This document shows, in pieces, positions 1 to 9,044 of a DNA stretch of 29,105 nucleotides (position 1 is the stretch's first letter; each line of letters starts with the position of its first letter). Source of the stretch: Rickettsiales bacterium (GTDB lineage Bacteria; Pseudomonadota; Alphaproteobacteria; Rickettsiales; JALZUV01). The position numbers and the translations under genes are program-made. The stretch is from the NCBI GenBank assembly GCA_044350115.1, contig JBILIE010000001.1, positions 1 to 29,105 of the forward strand, read 5' to 3'. The notes under the pieces were generated by a model. That model made no database searches. It saw only the letters and a list, made by a program, of their open reading frames with translations, and was not told where the DNA came from.

Positions 1-620
1 TGTTCCAAGGCGAGCGTGAAATGGCGGCGGACAATAAAGTGCTGGGTCAGTTTGATCTGGTGGGAATCCCTCCCGCACCGCGCGGCGTGCCGCAAATTGA
101 GGTGACTTTTGACATCGACGTTAACGGTATTGTGAACGTGTCGGCGAAAGATAAAGCGACGAATAAAGAGCAGCAGATTCGCATTCAGGCATCAGGCGGT
201 TTGTCGGATCAAGACATCGAGCAGATGATCCGCGATGCGGAAGCCAATGCGGAAGCGGATAAAAAACGCAAGAAAATGGTCGAGCTGAAAAACCAAGGCG
301 AGAGCCTGATTCATATGAGCGAGAAGAATCTGGAAGAGCATGGCAGCAAAGTCGGTGCGGAGGATAAATCCGCGATCGAAAAAGCGATTAAAGATCTGAA
401 AGAGGAACTCGCAGGCGAAAATGAATCCGCAGTGCAAGCCAAAATCGACGAGCTACAAAAAGCCAGCATGAAACTGGGCGAGGCGATTTATAAATCGACG
501 CAGGAAGAAACGGCGCAAGCAGAGAGCGGCCAAGCAAATAGTGGTAGCAGCGGCGACGCGAAAGACGGCGAAGTGCTGGACGCTGAATTTGAAGAAGTAA
601 ACGAAAAGAAGAGTGATTAG
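1..620 (+). CDS. dnaK: Chaperone DnaK (Hsp70), 3' part only; gene starts before the window
   Basis: [50 protein letters not shown] motif and acidic C-terminal tail (DAEFEEV); frame is open from base 3. Confidence 0.99.
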   Translation, partial: FQGEREMAADNKVLGQFDLVGIPPAPRGVPQIEVTFDIDVNGIVNVSAKDKATNKEQQIRIQASGGLSDQDIEQMIRDAEANAEADKKRKKMVELKNQGESLIHMSEKNLEEHGSKVGAEDKSAIEKAIKDLKEELAGENESAVQAKIDELQKASMKLGEAIYKSTQEETAQAESGQANSGSSGDAKDGEVLDAEFEEVNEKKSD

Positions 621-678
621 TGATTAGTGGTAAGTGGCTGGTAGATGCTTTACCACTAGCCACTTACTACTTAACACT
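612..678. repeat. Palindromic heptamer array (AGTGATT, AGTGATT, AGTGGTA, AGTGGCT ... inverted TACCACT, AGCCACT, TACTACT, TAACACT)
   Basis: Read directly; the left and right arms are complementary and the dnaK stop TAG (618-620) lies inside the array. Confidence 0.8.
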
Positions 679-687
679 CCCCTTATT

Positions 688-1851
688 ATGGCGCAGAATT
701 ACTACGAACTCCTCGGTGTTGCAAAAACCGCTTCGGAAGATGAGCTGAAAAAGGCTTATCGGAAGCTGGCGATGCAATGGCATCCAGACAAAAATCCGGG
801 CGATGCGGCGGCGGAAAAGAAGTTCAAAGAAATCAACGAAGCCTATGATGTGCTGAAAGACCCGCAAAAGCGGGCGGCGTATGATCGTTATGGTCATGAT
901 GCCTTTGCGGCGGGCGGCATGGGTGGTGCGGGCGGCGGTGGCGCAGGTGGGGCAGGCTTTGATTTCAGTGGTAACTTTGCCGATATTTTTGACGATCTGT
1001 TTGGTGGTGCCTTTAATCAAGGCGGCGGTCGGGGGCGCGGCGGTCAGGCCAGCGGTATGGCACCCGGTGCGGATTTGCGCTATAATTTAGGCATCTCGCT
1101 GGAAGAAGCCTTTAAAGGCAAGCAGGAGACCGTGACCATCACCACCGCCGTTACTTGCGAAGGGTGTAATGGTTCAGGCGGCGAAAAAGGCAGCAAGCCA
1201 GAAACCTGCCCCTCTTGCCAAGGTCGCGGTAAGGTGCGGATGCAGCAAGGATTCTTTACCGTCGAGCGCGGTTGTGGAAGCTGTCAAGGCCTCGGCAAAA
1301 TCATCAAAGACCCCTGCAAAAAATGCGCGGGTTCAGGGCGGATGCGCAAAGAAAAATCGCTGAAAGTCAATATCCCCGCAGGGGTGGAAGAAGGCACGCG
1401 GATTCGCCTGACAGGCGAAGGTGAAGTGGGTATGCGCGGCGGCTCTGCAGGTGATTTATACATCTTCCTGAGCGTGAAAGCCCATCCCTTCTTCCAGCGT
1501 GAAGATGCCGATTTGCATAGCCGCGTACCCGTGCCGATGACAGTTGCGACTTTGGGCGGCGAAGTAGAAGTGCCTACAATTGAAGGCGGTCGCGTAAAAG
1601 TCGCGATTCCTGCTGGCACACAATCGGGTCGCCAGTTCCGCCTGTAGGGCAAAGGCATGAGCATCATGCGTAGCCAGAACCGTGGTGATATGTATGTGCA
1701 TACCGCAGTGGAAACGCCCGTGAATTTAAGCAAAAAACAAAAAGACCTGCTTAAGCAATTCGCAGCAGAAGAGAAAAATAGCCATTCCAGCCCAGAATCC
1801 GAAAGTTTCTTCGGCAAGGTCAAAGAGTTCTGGGAAGATTTGAAAGATTAG
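688..1851 (+). pseudogene. dnaJ: Chaperone DnaJ interrupted by an in-frame TAG at 1645-1647 (nonsense mutation, sequence error or readthrough)
   Basis: J domain with HPD, G/F-rich region and four CxxCxGxG repeats are present. The frame reads FRL*GKGMSIMRSQNRGDMYVHTAVETP, and ORF 1657-1851 continues in the same frame. Start at ATG 688 (MAQNYY). DnaJ identity is certain; pseudogene status is not. Confidence 0.75.
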
Positions 1852-1869
1852 ATAGTGTTGTCAAATCAC

Positions 1870-1898
1870 TTGACACCCCCCACTAACCCTTTTATAAT
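1870..1898 (+). promoter_or_regulatory. Consensus sigma70 promoter of the rpmH operon
   Basis: TTGACA (1870-1875), 17-nt spacer, TATAAT (1893-1898), 29 nt upstream of the rpmH ATG. Confidence 0.9.
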
Positions 1899-1927
1899 TC
1901 CCTTCCCTTATAAAATAGAGAATTGAT

Positions 1928-2062
1928 ATGAAACGTACATTCCAGCCTAGCAATATTGTTCGCAAACGCCGTCACGGCTTCCGTGCTCGTATGGCGGATA
2001 AAAATGGCCGTCTGATTTTGTCGCGTCGTCGTGCACAAGGCCGTAAGAAACTGAGCGCGTAG
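1928..2062 (+). CDS. rpmH: 50S ribosomal protein L34 (44 aa; not in the ORF track)
   Basis: Hand translation [44 protein letters not shown]. Confidence 0.99.
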   Translation: MKRTFQPSNIVRKRRHGFRARMADKNGRLILSRRRAQGRKKLSA

Positions 2063-2070
2063 TTCTCTTT

Positions 2071-2140
2071 TTTGCGTTGGGGATATTCCCCCAATCTTCC
2101 GAAGAATGGCTCACGCTTGCGCGCCTCACCCTGCTCGGTT
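2071..2140 (+). repeat. Dispersed repeat family R1, copy a (long variant with an extra internal hairpin)
   Basis: TTTGCGTTGGGGATATTCCCCCAATCTTCCGAAGAATGGCTCACGCTTGCGCGCCTCACCCTGCTCGG matches the copies at 7743, 8948, 11091, 12562 and 20862. Confidence 0.85.
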
Positions 2141-2153
2141 GGAGTATGTATTG

Positions 2154-2522
2154 ATGGCTGCAATCACTAGACTCAAAAAACGTTCTGATTTTCTGGCCTG
2201 TGCGGCGAGTGGTCGCAAGTGGGTTCGTCCTGCCTTCATTTTGCAATTGAATAAGCGCGCTTCAGGCGAAGATGCTACACCGCGTTTGGGTTTTACTACC
2301 ACCAAAAAACTGGGCAATGCCGTGGTTCGCAACCGCATCCGCCGCCGTTTGCGTGAGGCGGCAAGGCTGGCATTGCCTGAGGCGGCGCATCCCCATCACG
2401 ATTATGTGCTGATTGGCCGCCCCGATGCCGCCACGATTGAATTTGAAACCCTGAAGCGTGAAATGGCAGAGGGGATGCGGAAGTTGCATCATATTGTGAC
2501 ACAAGAATCTAAAAAGACATGA
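2154..2522 (+). CDS. rnpA: Ribonuclease P protein component
   Basis: RLKKRSDF and KKLGNAVVRNRIRRRLRE motifs; start moved to ATG 2154 (GGAG at 2141-2144) because the upstream extension is repeat R1a. Confidence 0.97.
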   Translation: MAAITRLKKRSDFLACAASGRKWVRPAFILQLNKRASGEDATPRLGFTTTKKLGNAVVRNRIRRRLREAARLALPEAAHPHHDYVLIGRPDAATIEFETLKREMAEGMRKLHHIVTQESKKT

Positions 2523-2737
2523 CAAAGATTCTGTTGGCACTCATTCGGCTTTACCAAATCATGCTTTCACCCTATATCGGCTGGCATTGCCGATTTACTC
2601 CCACCTGCTCGGCCTATGCACGCGATGCCATCCTCACCCATGGCGCGTTGCGCGGAAGCTGGCTGGCCTTTAAACGCATTCTGCGCTGCAGGCCTGGCGG
2701 TGGCAGCGGTGAAGATAACATACCAACTAAAGACTGA
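2519..2737 (+). CDS. yidD: Membrane protein insertion efficiency factor YidD
   Basis: YQ..LSP..G..CRFTPTCS.YA..AI..HG..RGSWLA.KRILRC motif; synteny. Confidence 0.97.
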   Translation: MTKILLALIRLYQIMLSPYIGWHCRFTPTCSAYARDAILTHGALRGSWLAFKRILRCRPGGGSGEDNIPTKD

Positions 2738-2743
2738 GCTACT

Positions 2744-4498
2744 ATGAATCCGAACCGTCCTTATGATCCTGATGATACCCGCCGTATGATGATGGCGATG
2801 TTCCTGCTTGGCATTGGTTTGCTGGTCTGGCATTTTGTTTATGAATATCCCCGCCAGCAAGCGGCGCAGAAGCACGCAATGGAAGTGATGGCGAAGGAAA
2901 AAGCACAGCTCGCCACGCTGGAAGAAAAACAAAAAGCAGAATCGGTGGTCGCGCATAAAGTGGCAGCGAAAATGCCGAAAATCAAAATCGATGCGCCCGA
3001 AATGCAAGGGCAAATTGCGCTGCACGGCGGTCGCTTTAATGGCCTGAGCCTCACTCATTTCGCGCAGAAAGCAAAGAAAAACAGCCCCCCTGTGGAGCTG
3101 CTGAAACCCAGCAATGCGCCGGATGCGTTTTTTGTGGAATTTGGTTGGATTTCGCCCGATTCTTCGGTGAAAGTGCCGCAGAGCAACACTTTATGGCAAT
3201 CGGACAGCAAAACATTATTGCCCGATAAATCCGTGACATTATTTTGGGAAAATGATCAAAAAATTCGCTTTGAATTGGTGATTGCTCGCAAAGATGCCTA
3301 TCTGTTTAACGTGCAGCAGCGCGTCATCAACAACGGCAAAAAAGCCGTCTCACTGCTGCCTTATGGTTATATTAACCGCAGCTTGCTTGACCATGATTTG
3401 AACGATCTGGTATCGCATGAAGGCCCGATCGGGGTGATGGACGGTTCGCTGAAAGAGCTGAAATATAAAGACCTCATCGCCGAAGGCAAAGTGGTGCAGC
3501 AAAATGCCACTGGCTGGCTGGGGATTTCGGATAAATACTGGCTGACGGCGCTGATTCCGCAAAATGACCAAACCTATACTGGCAATTTTAAAGCCTATTT
3601 GGGTAAGGACGCTTTGGCGCATCGTTATCAGGCAGATTTTATGGGTAAAGCGGTAGAAGTGGCGGCAGGAGCCACAGGCAGCTATCAGGCAATGCTCTTT
3701 GCCGGTGCCAAAAAAATGCAGATGCTCGATGAATATGCGGCGAAATATCAGATCCCCTTATTTGATCGTGCGGTGGATTTGGGCTGGTTTTATTTCCTCA
3801 CCAAGCCGCTCTTTACCTTGCTGCATATGCTCTATGTGTTTGCAGGCGATTTTGGGTTGGCGATTTTATTGCTGACGGTGTTGGTGAAACTGGCAATGTA
3901 TCCGCTGGCGAATAAATCTTTTGTGTCGATGAATGAGATGAAGCGTTTGCAGCCCAAAATGGTGGAGCTGAAAGAGCGCTGTGGCGCTGATAAAGTGAAG
4001 TATCAGCAAGAGATTATGAAGCTCTATAAGCAGGAGAAAATCAACCCTGCGGCAGGGTGTTTGCCGATGCTGATTCAGATGCCGGTCTTCTTCGCGTTGT
4101 ATAAAGTGTTTTATGTGACGATTGAAATGCGACATGCAAATTTCTTTGGCATTATCCGCGATCTTTCGGCGCAGGATCCTACTAATTTATTCACGGGTTT
4201 TGGGTTGATTGACTGGAACCCGCCCAGCCTGCTCACGCTTGGAATTATGCCGATACTGTTTGCATGTTCGATGGTGGCGCAGCAGCGGATGAGCCCCAAA
4301 CCCACTGACCCCGCGCAAGCGAAAGCGATGCAGTTTCTACCCTGGATTTTTATGTTCATCATGGCACATTTCCCCGCAGGATTGCTGCTCTACTGGATTT
4401 GGAGCAATATGATTTCGATTGCCCAGCAGTGGAACATTAAACGCCGCTACGAAAAACGTTCGGAAAAACGCAATGCACTCGCCGCTAATGATGCGTGA
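2744..4498 (+). CDS. yidC: Membrane protein insertase YidC
   Basis: N-terminal TM, periplasmic domain, DKYWLTAL, VDLGWFYFLTKP, GCLPMLIQMPVFFALY, GLLLYWIWSN motifs. Confidence 0.98.
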   Translation: MNPNRPYDPDDTRRMMMAMFLLGIGLLVWHFVYEYPRQQAAQKHAMEVMAKEKAQLATLEEKQKAESVVAHKVAAKMPKIKIDAPEMQGQIALHGGRFNGLSLTHFAQKAKKNSPPVELLKPSNAPDAFFVEFGWISPDSSVKVPQSNTLWQSDSKTLLPDKSVTLFWENDQKIRFELVIARKDAYLFNVQQRVINNGKKAVSLLPYGYINRSLLDHDLNDLVSHEGPIGVMDGSLKELKYKDLIAEGKVVQQNATGWLGISDKYWLTALIPQNDQTYTGNFKAYLGKDALAHRYQADFMGKAVEVAAGATGSYQAMLFAGAKKMQMLDEYAAKYQIPLFDRAVDLGWFYFLTKPLFTLLHMLYVFAGDFGLAILLLTVLVKLAMYPLANKSFVSMNEMKRLQPKMVELKERCGADKVKYQQEIMKLYKQEKINPAAGCLPMLIQMPVFFALYKVFYVTIEMRHANFFGIIRDLSAQDPTNLFTGFGLIDWNPPSLLTLGIMPILFACSMVAQQRMSPKPTDPAQAKAMQFLPWIFMFIMAHFPAGLLLYWIWSNMISIAQQWNIKRRYEKRSEKRNALAANDA

Positions 4499-5024
4499 TA
4501 ACGCTACTTTCCGATGGATGGAACCGCAAGACATCGCCACGCTGGGCGCGCTGGCGGGGCGGATCTGGAATGCACATTATCGCAGCATTATCGCACAGGC
4601 GCAGATCGATTTCATGCTGCCGCGCAGCTATAGCGCCGAGGCGTTGCAGGAGCAGCAGGCGAGTGGCCAGCGGTTTTTGCTTGCCGAAATGGACGGCGAG
4701 ATGATCGGGTTTTTATCCTTCAGCGATCTGGCAAAAATCGAGAATTTGATTCTGCGCGGTAAAGATTCGGTTGAAGGCGGAATTTTTCTGCATAAATTTT
4801 ATCTCGCGTCAGAATGTCAGGGCAAGGGAATCGGCAAAAAGATGTTTGCGGAGCTACTGCGCCGTGTGCCTGAGATTCAGAAGATCCGTCTGCAAGTGCA
4901 TCGCCGCAATGTGAATTCGTGGAATTTTTATAAAAAGATCGGCTTTAAAATTGTCTGCGAAGCCGATTTTGATATTGGCGACGGTTTTCAGATGAATGAT
5001 TATGTGATGGAGAAAAGGTGCTAA
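4488..5024 (+). CDS. GNAT family N-acetyltransferase
   Basis: LHKFYLASECQGKGIGKKM (acetyl-CoA motif A) and FYKKIGF; likely start ATG 4488 or 4491, overlapping the yidC stop. Confidence 0.9.
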   Translation: MMRDNATFRWMEPQDIATLGALAGRIWNAHYRSIIAQAQIDFMLPRSYSAEALQEQQASGQRFLLAEMDGEMIGFLSFSDLAKIENLILRGKDSVEGGIFLHKFYLASECQGKGIGKKMFAELLRRVPEIQKIRLQVHRRNVNSWNFYKKIGFKIVCEADFDIGDGFQMNDYVMEKRC

Positions 5025-5087
5025 GTGGTGCTAAAGGTGCTAGCGTACCGTTTTCTTAGCACCTTAGCACCTAGCACATTGAGCACC
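5017..5087. repeat. Palindromic array of GGTGCTAA / TTAGCACC units
   Basis: GGTGCTAA 5017 and 5027, GGTGCTA 5036; inverted TTAGCACC 5056 and 5064, TAGCAC 5072, GAGCACC 5081; contains the GNAT stop. Confidence 0.85.
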
Positions 5088-5095
5088 TTATTTTT

Positions 5096-5692
5096 ATGGC
5101 AAAATTCCCTGAAACCACTTTTTTCCGCGGCTGTAAGAGCCTTGACCATCTGCCTACTGACCGCTTGTTTGAAGTCTGTTTTGCGGGGCGATCAAATGTA
5201 GGTAAATCAAGCTTGCTTAATGCGCTCACGGGTAAGCGCGATTTGGCGCGGGCATCCAACACCCCCGGACGGACGCGGGAGCTGAATTATTTTCTGGTGG
5301 GTGAGAAATTTTATCTGGTGGATTTGCCGGGTTATGGCTACGCCGAAGCGCCGAAGCACGAGATTAAACAATGGACGCGGCTGACGCGAGAATATCTGCA
5401 AGGGCGGCCTACGCTCAAGCGCGTGTTTCTGCTGATTGATAGCCGCCACGGCATCAAAGAAAACGATGAAGATATCATGGCGATGTTTGATGAAACCGCC
5501 GTGAATTATCAGATTATTCTGACCAAAGCCGATAAAATCAGCGTTGCTGAACAGGAAGCCTGTGTGGCCAAAACATTGGAAGCGATCGCCAAACATGGCG
5601 CGGCCTATCCGCAGCTGATCCTCACCAGTTCCGAAAAAGGTGCGGGGCTGGAAACGCTGCGCCGCGAGATTTATACGTTGATGAGCGCCTAA
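5096..5692 (+). CDS. engB: Ribosome biogenesis GTPase YihA/EngB
   Basis: [27 protein letters not shown] and TKADK G-motifs. Confidence 0.97.
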   Translation: MAKFPETTFFRGCKSLDHLPTDRLFEVCFAGRSNVGKSSLLNALTGKRDLARASNTPGRTRELNYFLVGEKFYLVDLPGYGYAEAPKHEIKQWTRLTREYLQGRPTLKRVFLLIDSRHGIKENDEDIMAMFDETAVNYQIILTKADKISVAEQEACVAKTLEAIAKHGAAYPQLILTSSEKGAGLETLRREIYTLMSA

Positions 5693-6171
5693 GCGACCTG
5701 ATTGATGATTAACCCAGTTTCACCTTTCGCACCCGCTTGTTGCGCGAGGGCTGCCAGCTCTTCCGTATCGGCCTCTGTCGCAGAGCCAGATTGGAGTTTC
5801 TCCAGAAAATCGGCAATCGCCGTCAATAATTCTTCAATCGTGCTGCTGTTAGAGGAATCGCTGCTTTTAGAGGGTGGCGGCGGTGGCGGCGGCAAAGCAC
5901 CTTTAGGGCCGCTCGGTTGCCCGTTGCCCAGCTGTTTTACATAAGGTGAAACGTCGATACCCGCGGCTTCAATCGTCTTTTTGACTTCGGCACTGGGACG
6001 AATGCCCACTTCGTTTAAATCTGCGCTGAGCTTGTTAAATTCCGCCTGACCAAAAGTGGCAGGGTTGAACTGTGCCAGAATTTTATCCAGCGAGGCGCGC
6101 TGATCGTCGGTGAGTTTGCCAATATTAGGGTTTCGCGCAAGCGCACCGCTGAGCAGTTTCCCGATTTCCAT
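5689..6171 (-). CDS. Hypothetical protein (160 aa) with a Pro7 tract and Ser-rich linker
   Basis: ATG at 6171 preceded by AGAGG; the ORF-track extension to 6312 lies in AT-rich intergenic DNA; no family recognised with certainty. Confidence 0.7.
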   Translation of the reverse strand: MEIGKLLSGALARNPNIGKLTDDQRASLDKILAQFNPATFGQAEFNKLSADLNEVGIRPSAEVKKTIEAAGIDVSPYVKQLGNGQPSGPKGALPPPPPPPSKSSDSSNSSTIEELLTAIADFLEKLQSGSATEADTEELAALAQQAGAKGETGLIINQVA

Positions 6172-6328
6172 AAGACCTCTTGTCTTTATTATTATTGTTC
6201 GTACATGAACTATATTTTGCGGCAGCCTATTTTTAAAACTACCGTATGTAGTGACCATAACAAGACTTTTTGAATTGTCTTGTTTTATTTTCAGAGGCTT
6301 GTCAGCGCGCATCTATCTTTTAAGCCAC

Positions 6329-7663
6329 CTACTTCCCCAAGCCGACGGTGTGATAGTGGCTTTTTGCCCCCAGCTCGATCACATTGGCATTATCCACAAT
6401 GCTCTCACGCAAGCTCTGCAGCGTCACCCCATGCGGCAGCGGGAAAGTGAGCTTCAGCTCGTTGGGTTTGCTGCTTTCTGTGACGTTGCCGATTTCGACG
6501 ATGCCTGCGTCTTTTTCTCGTTCGGCGTTTCTTTCTTGCCAGGATTTGAACATTCCATGATCGAGTGCTTGAGTAATCGCAGGGTTCTCGCCCACACGTT
6601 GAGTAATTGCTTGTTTGATCATCGCCCCATCGGCAATGCGAGGCAAAATCGAGGGCAGGTCTTTGCTCGACTCCAGCAACACAGTGGCAAAAACATCCCG
6701 AAGTTTATCTGTGTCCACTTTGGCGAGAGGAGTTGCCCCTATTGCCTCCTGCCCAGCCACACGACTGCCAAATTCAACTACAGGGACTGTATTTCCGTAG
6801 CCACCCGTAGTGATTGCTGCGGTAAAATCTAGCAAAGCTGCATCTTCTGGCGTCATCAATTTTAGTGCGATGAGTTTTGTTTTCATGCTTTCAAGAATAG
6901 CTGCTTTGTTGTGATTCACATAATCATTCACGGTGGCTTCGGTTGAAATTCCAGTAGTGCTATCGCTTGGCAACTTCATCGCTTCCAGATCAAACTGAAC
7001 TTTATCATTTGCATGCCGTACTTCTATATGCCTCCACTCAGATCTTTCAGCCATATCAAGCTTATCTCTTAAAAAGTACCCTTCCAGCGCAGTCATTTCT
7101 GCCGCAGTGAAAGCACTCTCGGCGGGTGCATTAGGCTTTGTTGCTTTTTCGAGCAAAGGCTTTAATATGTTCCATTCTTCCTCATGATTCAGCGGCACTG
7201 GTGGCGCATCTTTAGCAAATTTCACTTGGCCTTTGAGTGCGGGGATTTCGCCTAGCATCGAATGCAGTGCATGATTTAGGCTGACAATCTCATAATTGCC
7301 GACCGGCTCTTTCAGCTGTACGGTGAGCGTAGCGTTTTGTCGCTCTTCGCCCCCCACTGCATAAGCCACTAACCCGCCATTATGCTCTTCTGCTGGGGCA
7401 AGCGTCACCGATGTGATGTGCATCCTGTGTTGCGGCAAATGATCATGTGTTTCCTTATAAGCCCATATAGGCAGAGCGCTCAGCACTTTTGCGATGACTC
7501 CATTGGCCGTTAACACCCATTCAAATGGTTGAGTCTGAGGCGGTGTCGAAGGCGGTGTCGATTTGCTGCCACCATCGCCCAAAGTATAGGAGAAAGGAGG
7601 CGGAGCCATTGGCGCGGGTTCATCCGTACGAATAAAAAAGCTCTTGATATAATTCCACATCAC
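6329..7663 (-). CDS. Hypothetical protein (444 aa), orphan
   Basis: Long uninterrupted ORF preceded by GGGAG; Pro/Ser/Thr-rich N-terminus; no recognisable domain. Confidence 0.8.
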   Translation of the reverse strand: MMWNYIKSFFIRTDEPAPMAPPPFSYTLGDGGSKSTPPSTPPQTQPFEWVLTANGVIAKVLSALPIWAYKETHDHLPQHRMHITSVTLAPAEEHNGGLVAYAVGGEERQNATLTVQLKEPVGNYEIVSLNHALHSMLGEIPALKGQVKFAKDAPPVPLNHEEEWNILKPLLEKATKPNAPAESAFTAAEMTALEGYFLRDKLDMAERSEWRHIEVRHANDKVQFDLEAMKLPSDSTTGISTEATVNDYVNHNKAAILESMKTKLIALKLMTPEDAALLDFTAAITTGGYGNTVPVVEFGSRVAGQEAIGATPLAKVDTDKLRDVFATVLLESSKDLPSILPRIADGAMIKQAITQRVGENPAITQALDHGMFKSWQERNAEREKDAGIVEIGNVTESSKPNELKLTFPLPHGVTLQSLRESIVDNANVIELGAKSHYHTVGLGK

Positions 7664-7742
7664 GCCACTCCCAATAAATTCATTGATTATTTATACCAAA
7701 CAACGCCCCTTCTGAATGTTAAGATTTTGTGACAAATGATAG

Positions 7743-7800
7743 TTGCGTTGGGGATACTCCCCAAACCCCACGGCTGCACCGCCTCGCGCTTGCTCGGTTA
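7743..7800 (+). repeat. Dispersed repeat R1, copy b
   Basis: TTGCGTTGGGGATACTCCCCAAACCCCACGGCTGCACCGCCTCGCGCTTGCTCGGTTA. Confidence 0.85.
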
Positions 7801-7890
7801 CGCTACAATCAAGTGTCCCATTCGCTAAAAAACACTTGCGTTTACAAAGGCAAGCGGCTAGTAATTGCGCCCCTTTCTTAACGGAGAGGA

Positions 7891-7955
7891 ATTCACACAC
7901 GAAAAGTTTTTCGGTGGTCTGAATGGTTCAGGCTGCGTTTTTTCGTGGAGGTTAA
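7891..7955 (+). promoter_or_regulatory. rpsB leader (S2 autoregulatory / t44-like RNA)
   Basis: ACACAC ... TTTTCGGT ... CGTGGAGGTTAAACCGAAAA resembles the conserved rpsB 5' leader boxes (ACACAC and GTGGAGG..TAACC) recalled from proteobacteria, with TTTTCGGT/ACCGAAAA pairing. Confidence 0.65.
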
Positions 7956-7977
7956 ACCGAAAACTAGGAGCACTATC

Positions 7978-8934
7978 ATGGCTTTGCCACAATTTACGAT
8001 GAACGACCTGATTGAAGCAGGCGTTCACTTTGGTCACAAAACTCGCCGCTGGAACCCTAAAATGTCGCCTTATTTGTATGGCGTTCGCAGCGATGTGCAT
8101 ATTATCGACCTTCAGCAAACCTTCCCTTTATTGCAACAAGCACTGCACGCTGTGCGCGATGTAGCGGCGAATAACGGTCGTGTTTTGTTCGTCGGCACCA
8201 AACGCCAGGCGAGCGATTTGATTGCAGAAGCGGCAACGCGTTGTGGTCAATATTACGTTAACCAGCGCTGGTTGGGCGGTATGCTTACCAATTGGGCGAC
8301 GATTCAAAACTCTATCCGTAAATTGCGTGCGATTGAAGAGCAGTCCAACCGCGTGGGCAGCAATCTGACCAAAAAAGAGCGCCTGAACATGGATCGTGAG
8401 CGCTTGAAGCTCGAAAAATCCCTCGGCGGAATTAAAGATATGGGCGGTGTGCCGGACATTATCTTTGTAATCGACACGAACCGCGAAGATCTCGCTATTG
8501 CAGAAGCGACTCGCCTTGGTATCCCTGTGATTGGTATTCTGGATAGCAATTCCAGCACCGATAACATTACTTATCCAATACCGGGTAACGACGATGCAAC
8601 AAAATCCATTCGCCTGTATTGCAACCTGATTGCAGATGCGGCGCTGGATGGCTTGCAACAAAGCGCAAAACGCGCTCCACAGGCGGCTAAAGGTGGTCGC
8701 GATTCTCACACGCAAGTAGAAGCGCCGGAAGAAGCCTTCCTCGCTGCGGCGTCTGAAGGCCGTGAAGCTCCTGCAGAAGCGCCTAAAGCTAAAGCAGCCG
8801 CTAAGGGCAAAGGCAAAAAAGAAACTGCCGAGCCAGCGAAAAAAGAACGCGTTGCACCTGAAGTGGTCGTGAAGAAAACGCCGCGCAGCAAAAAAGCTGA
8901 AGGCGAAACTGGCGGCGACGAAAACGCAGCATAA
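7978..8934 (+). CDS. rpsB: 30S ribosomal protein S2 with an Ala/Lys/Glu-rich C-terminal extension
   Basis: [17 protein letters not shown] and PIPGNDDA motifs; ATG 7978 preceded by AGGAG. Confidence 0.99.
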   Translation: MALPQFTMNDLIEAGVHFGHKTRRWNPKMSPYLYGVRSDVHIIDLQQTFPLLQQALHAVRDVAANNGRVLFVGTKRQASDLIAEAATRCGQYYVNQRWLGGMLTNWATIQNSIRKLRAIEEQSNRVGSNLTKKERLNMDRERLKLEKSLGGIKDMGGVPDIIFVIDTNREDLAIAEATRLGIPVIGILDSNSSTDNITYPIPGNDDATKSIRLYCNLIADAALDGLQQSAKRAPQAAKGGRDSHTQVEAPEEAFLAAASEGREAPAEAPKAKAAAKGKGKKETAEPAKKERVAPEVVVKKTPRSKKAEGETGGDENAA

Positions 8935-8947
8935 GCGGTTTCATCTT

Positions 8948-9037
8948 ATACCCCTTTCTCCCGCATTGCGCCCAACCGAACAAGTGTGAGGCGCGAAGCG
9001 GGGGGATTGGGGGCTTGTCCCCATTCAAATAAAAGGA
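8948..9037 (-). repeat. Dispersed repeat R1, copy c (reverse), ending in the tsf Shine-Dalgarno
   Basis: Reverse complement reads ATTTGAATGGGGACAAGCCCCCAATCCCCCCGCTTCGCGCCTCACACTTGTTCGGTTGGG; flanked by ATACCCCT as in copy f. Confidence 0.85.
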
Positions 9038-9044
9038 ATACACA

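Noticed and set aside
1645-1647. Genome-wide TAG reassignment or pyrrolysine
   Set aside because: TAG ends dnaK, rpmH, coq7 and the dnaJ distal segment at the expected positions, and no other gene has an internal TAG
2106-2153. N-terminal extensions of rnpA, purQ (11127), ubiA (24229), sspB (25101), rpsB (7945) and the 9963-11306 ORF in the ORF track
   Set aside because: They run through repeats, leaders or neighbouring genes; downstream ATGs match family N-termini and, in several cases, SD sites
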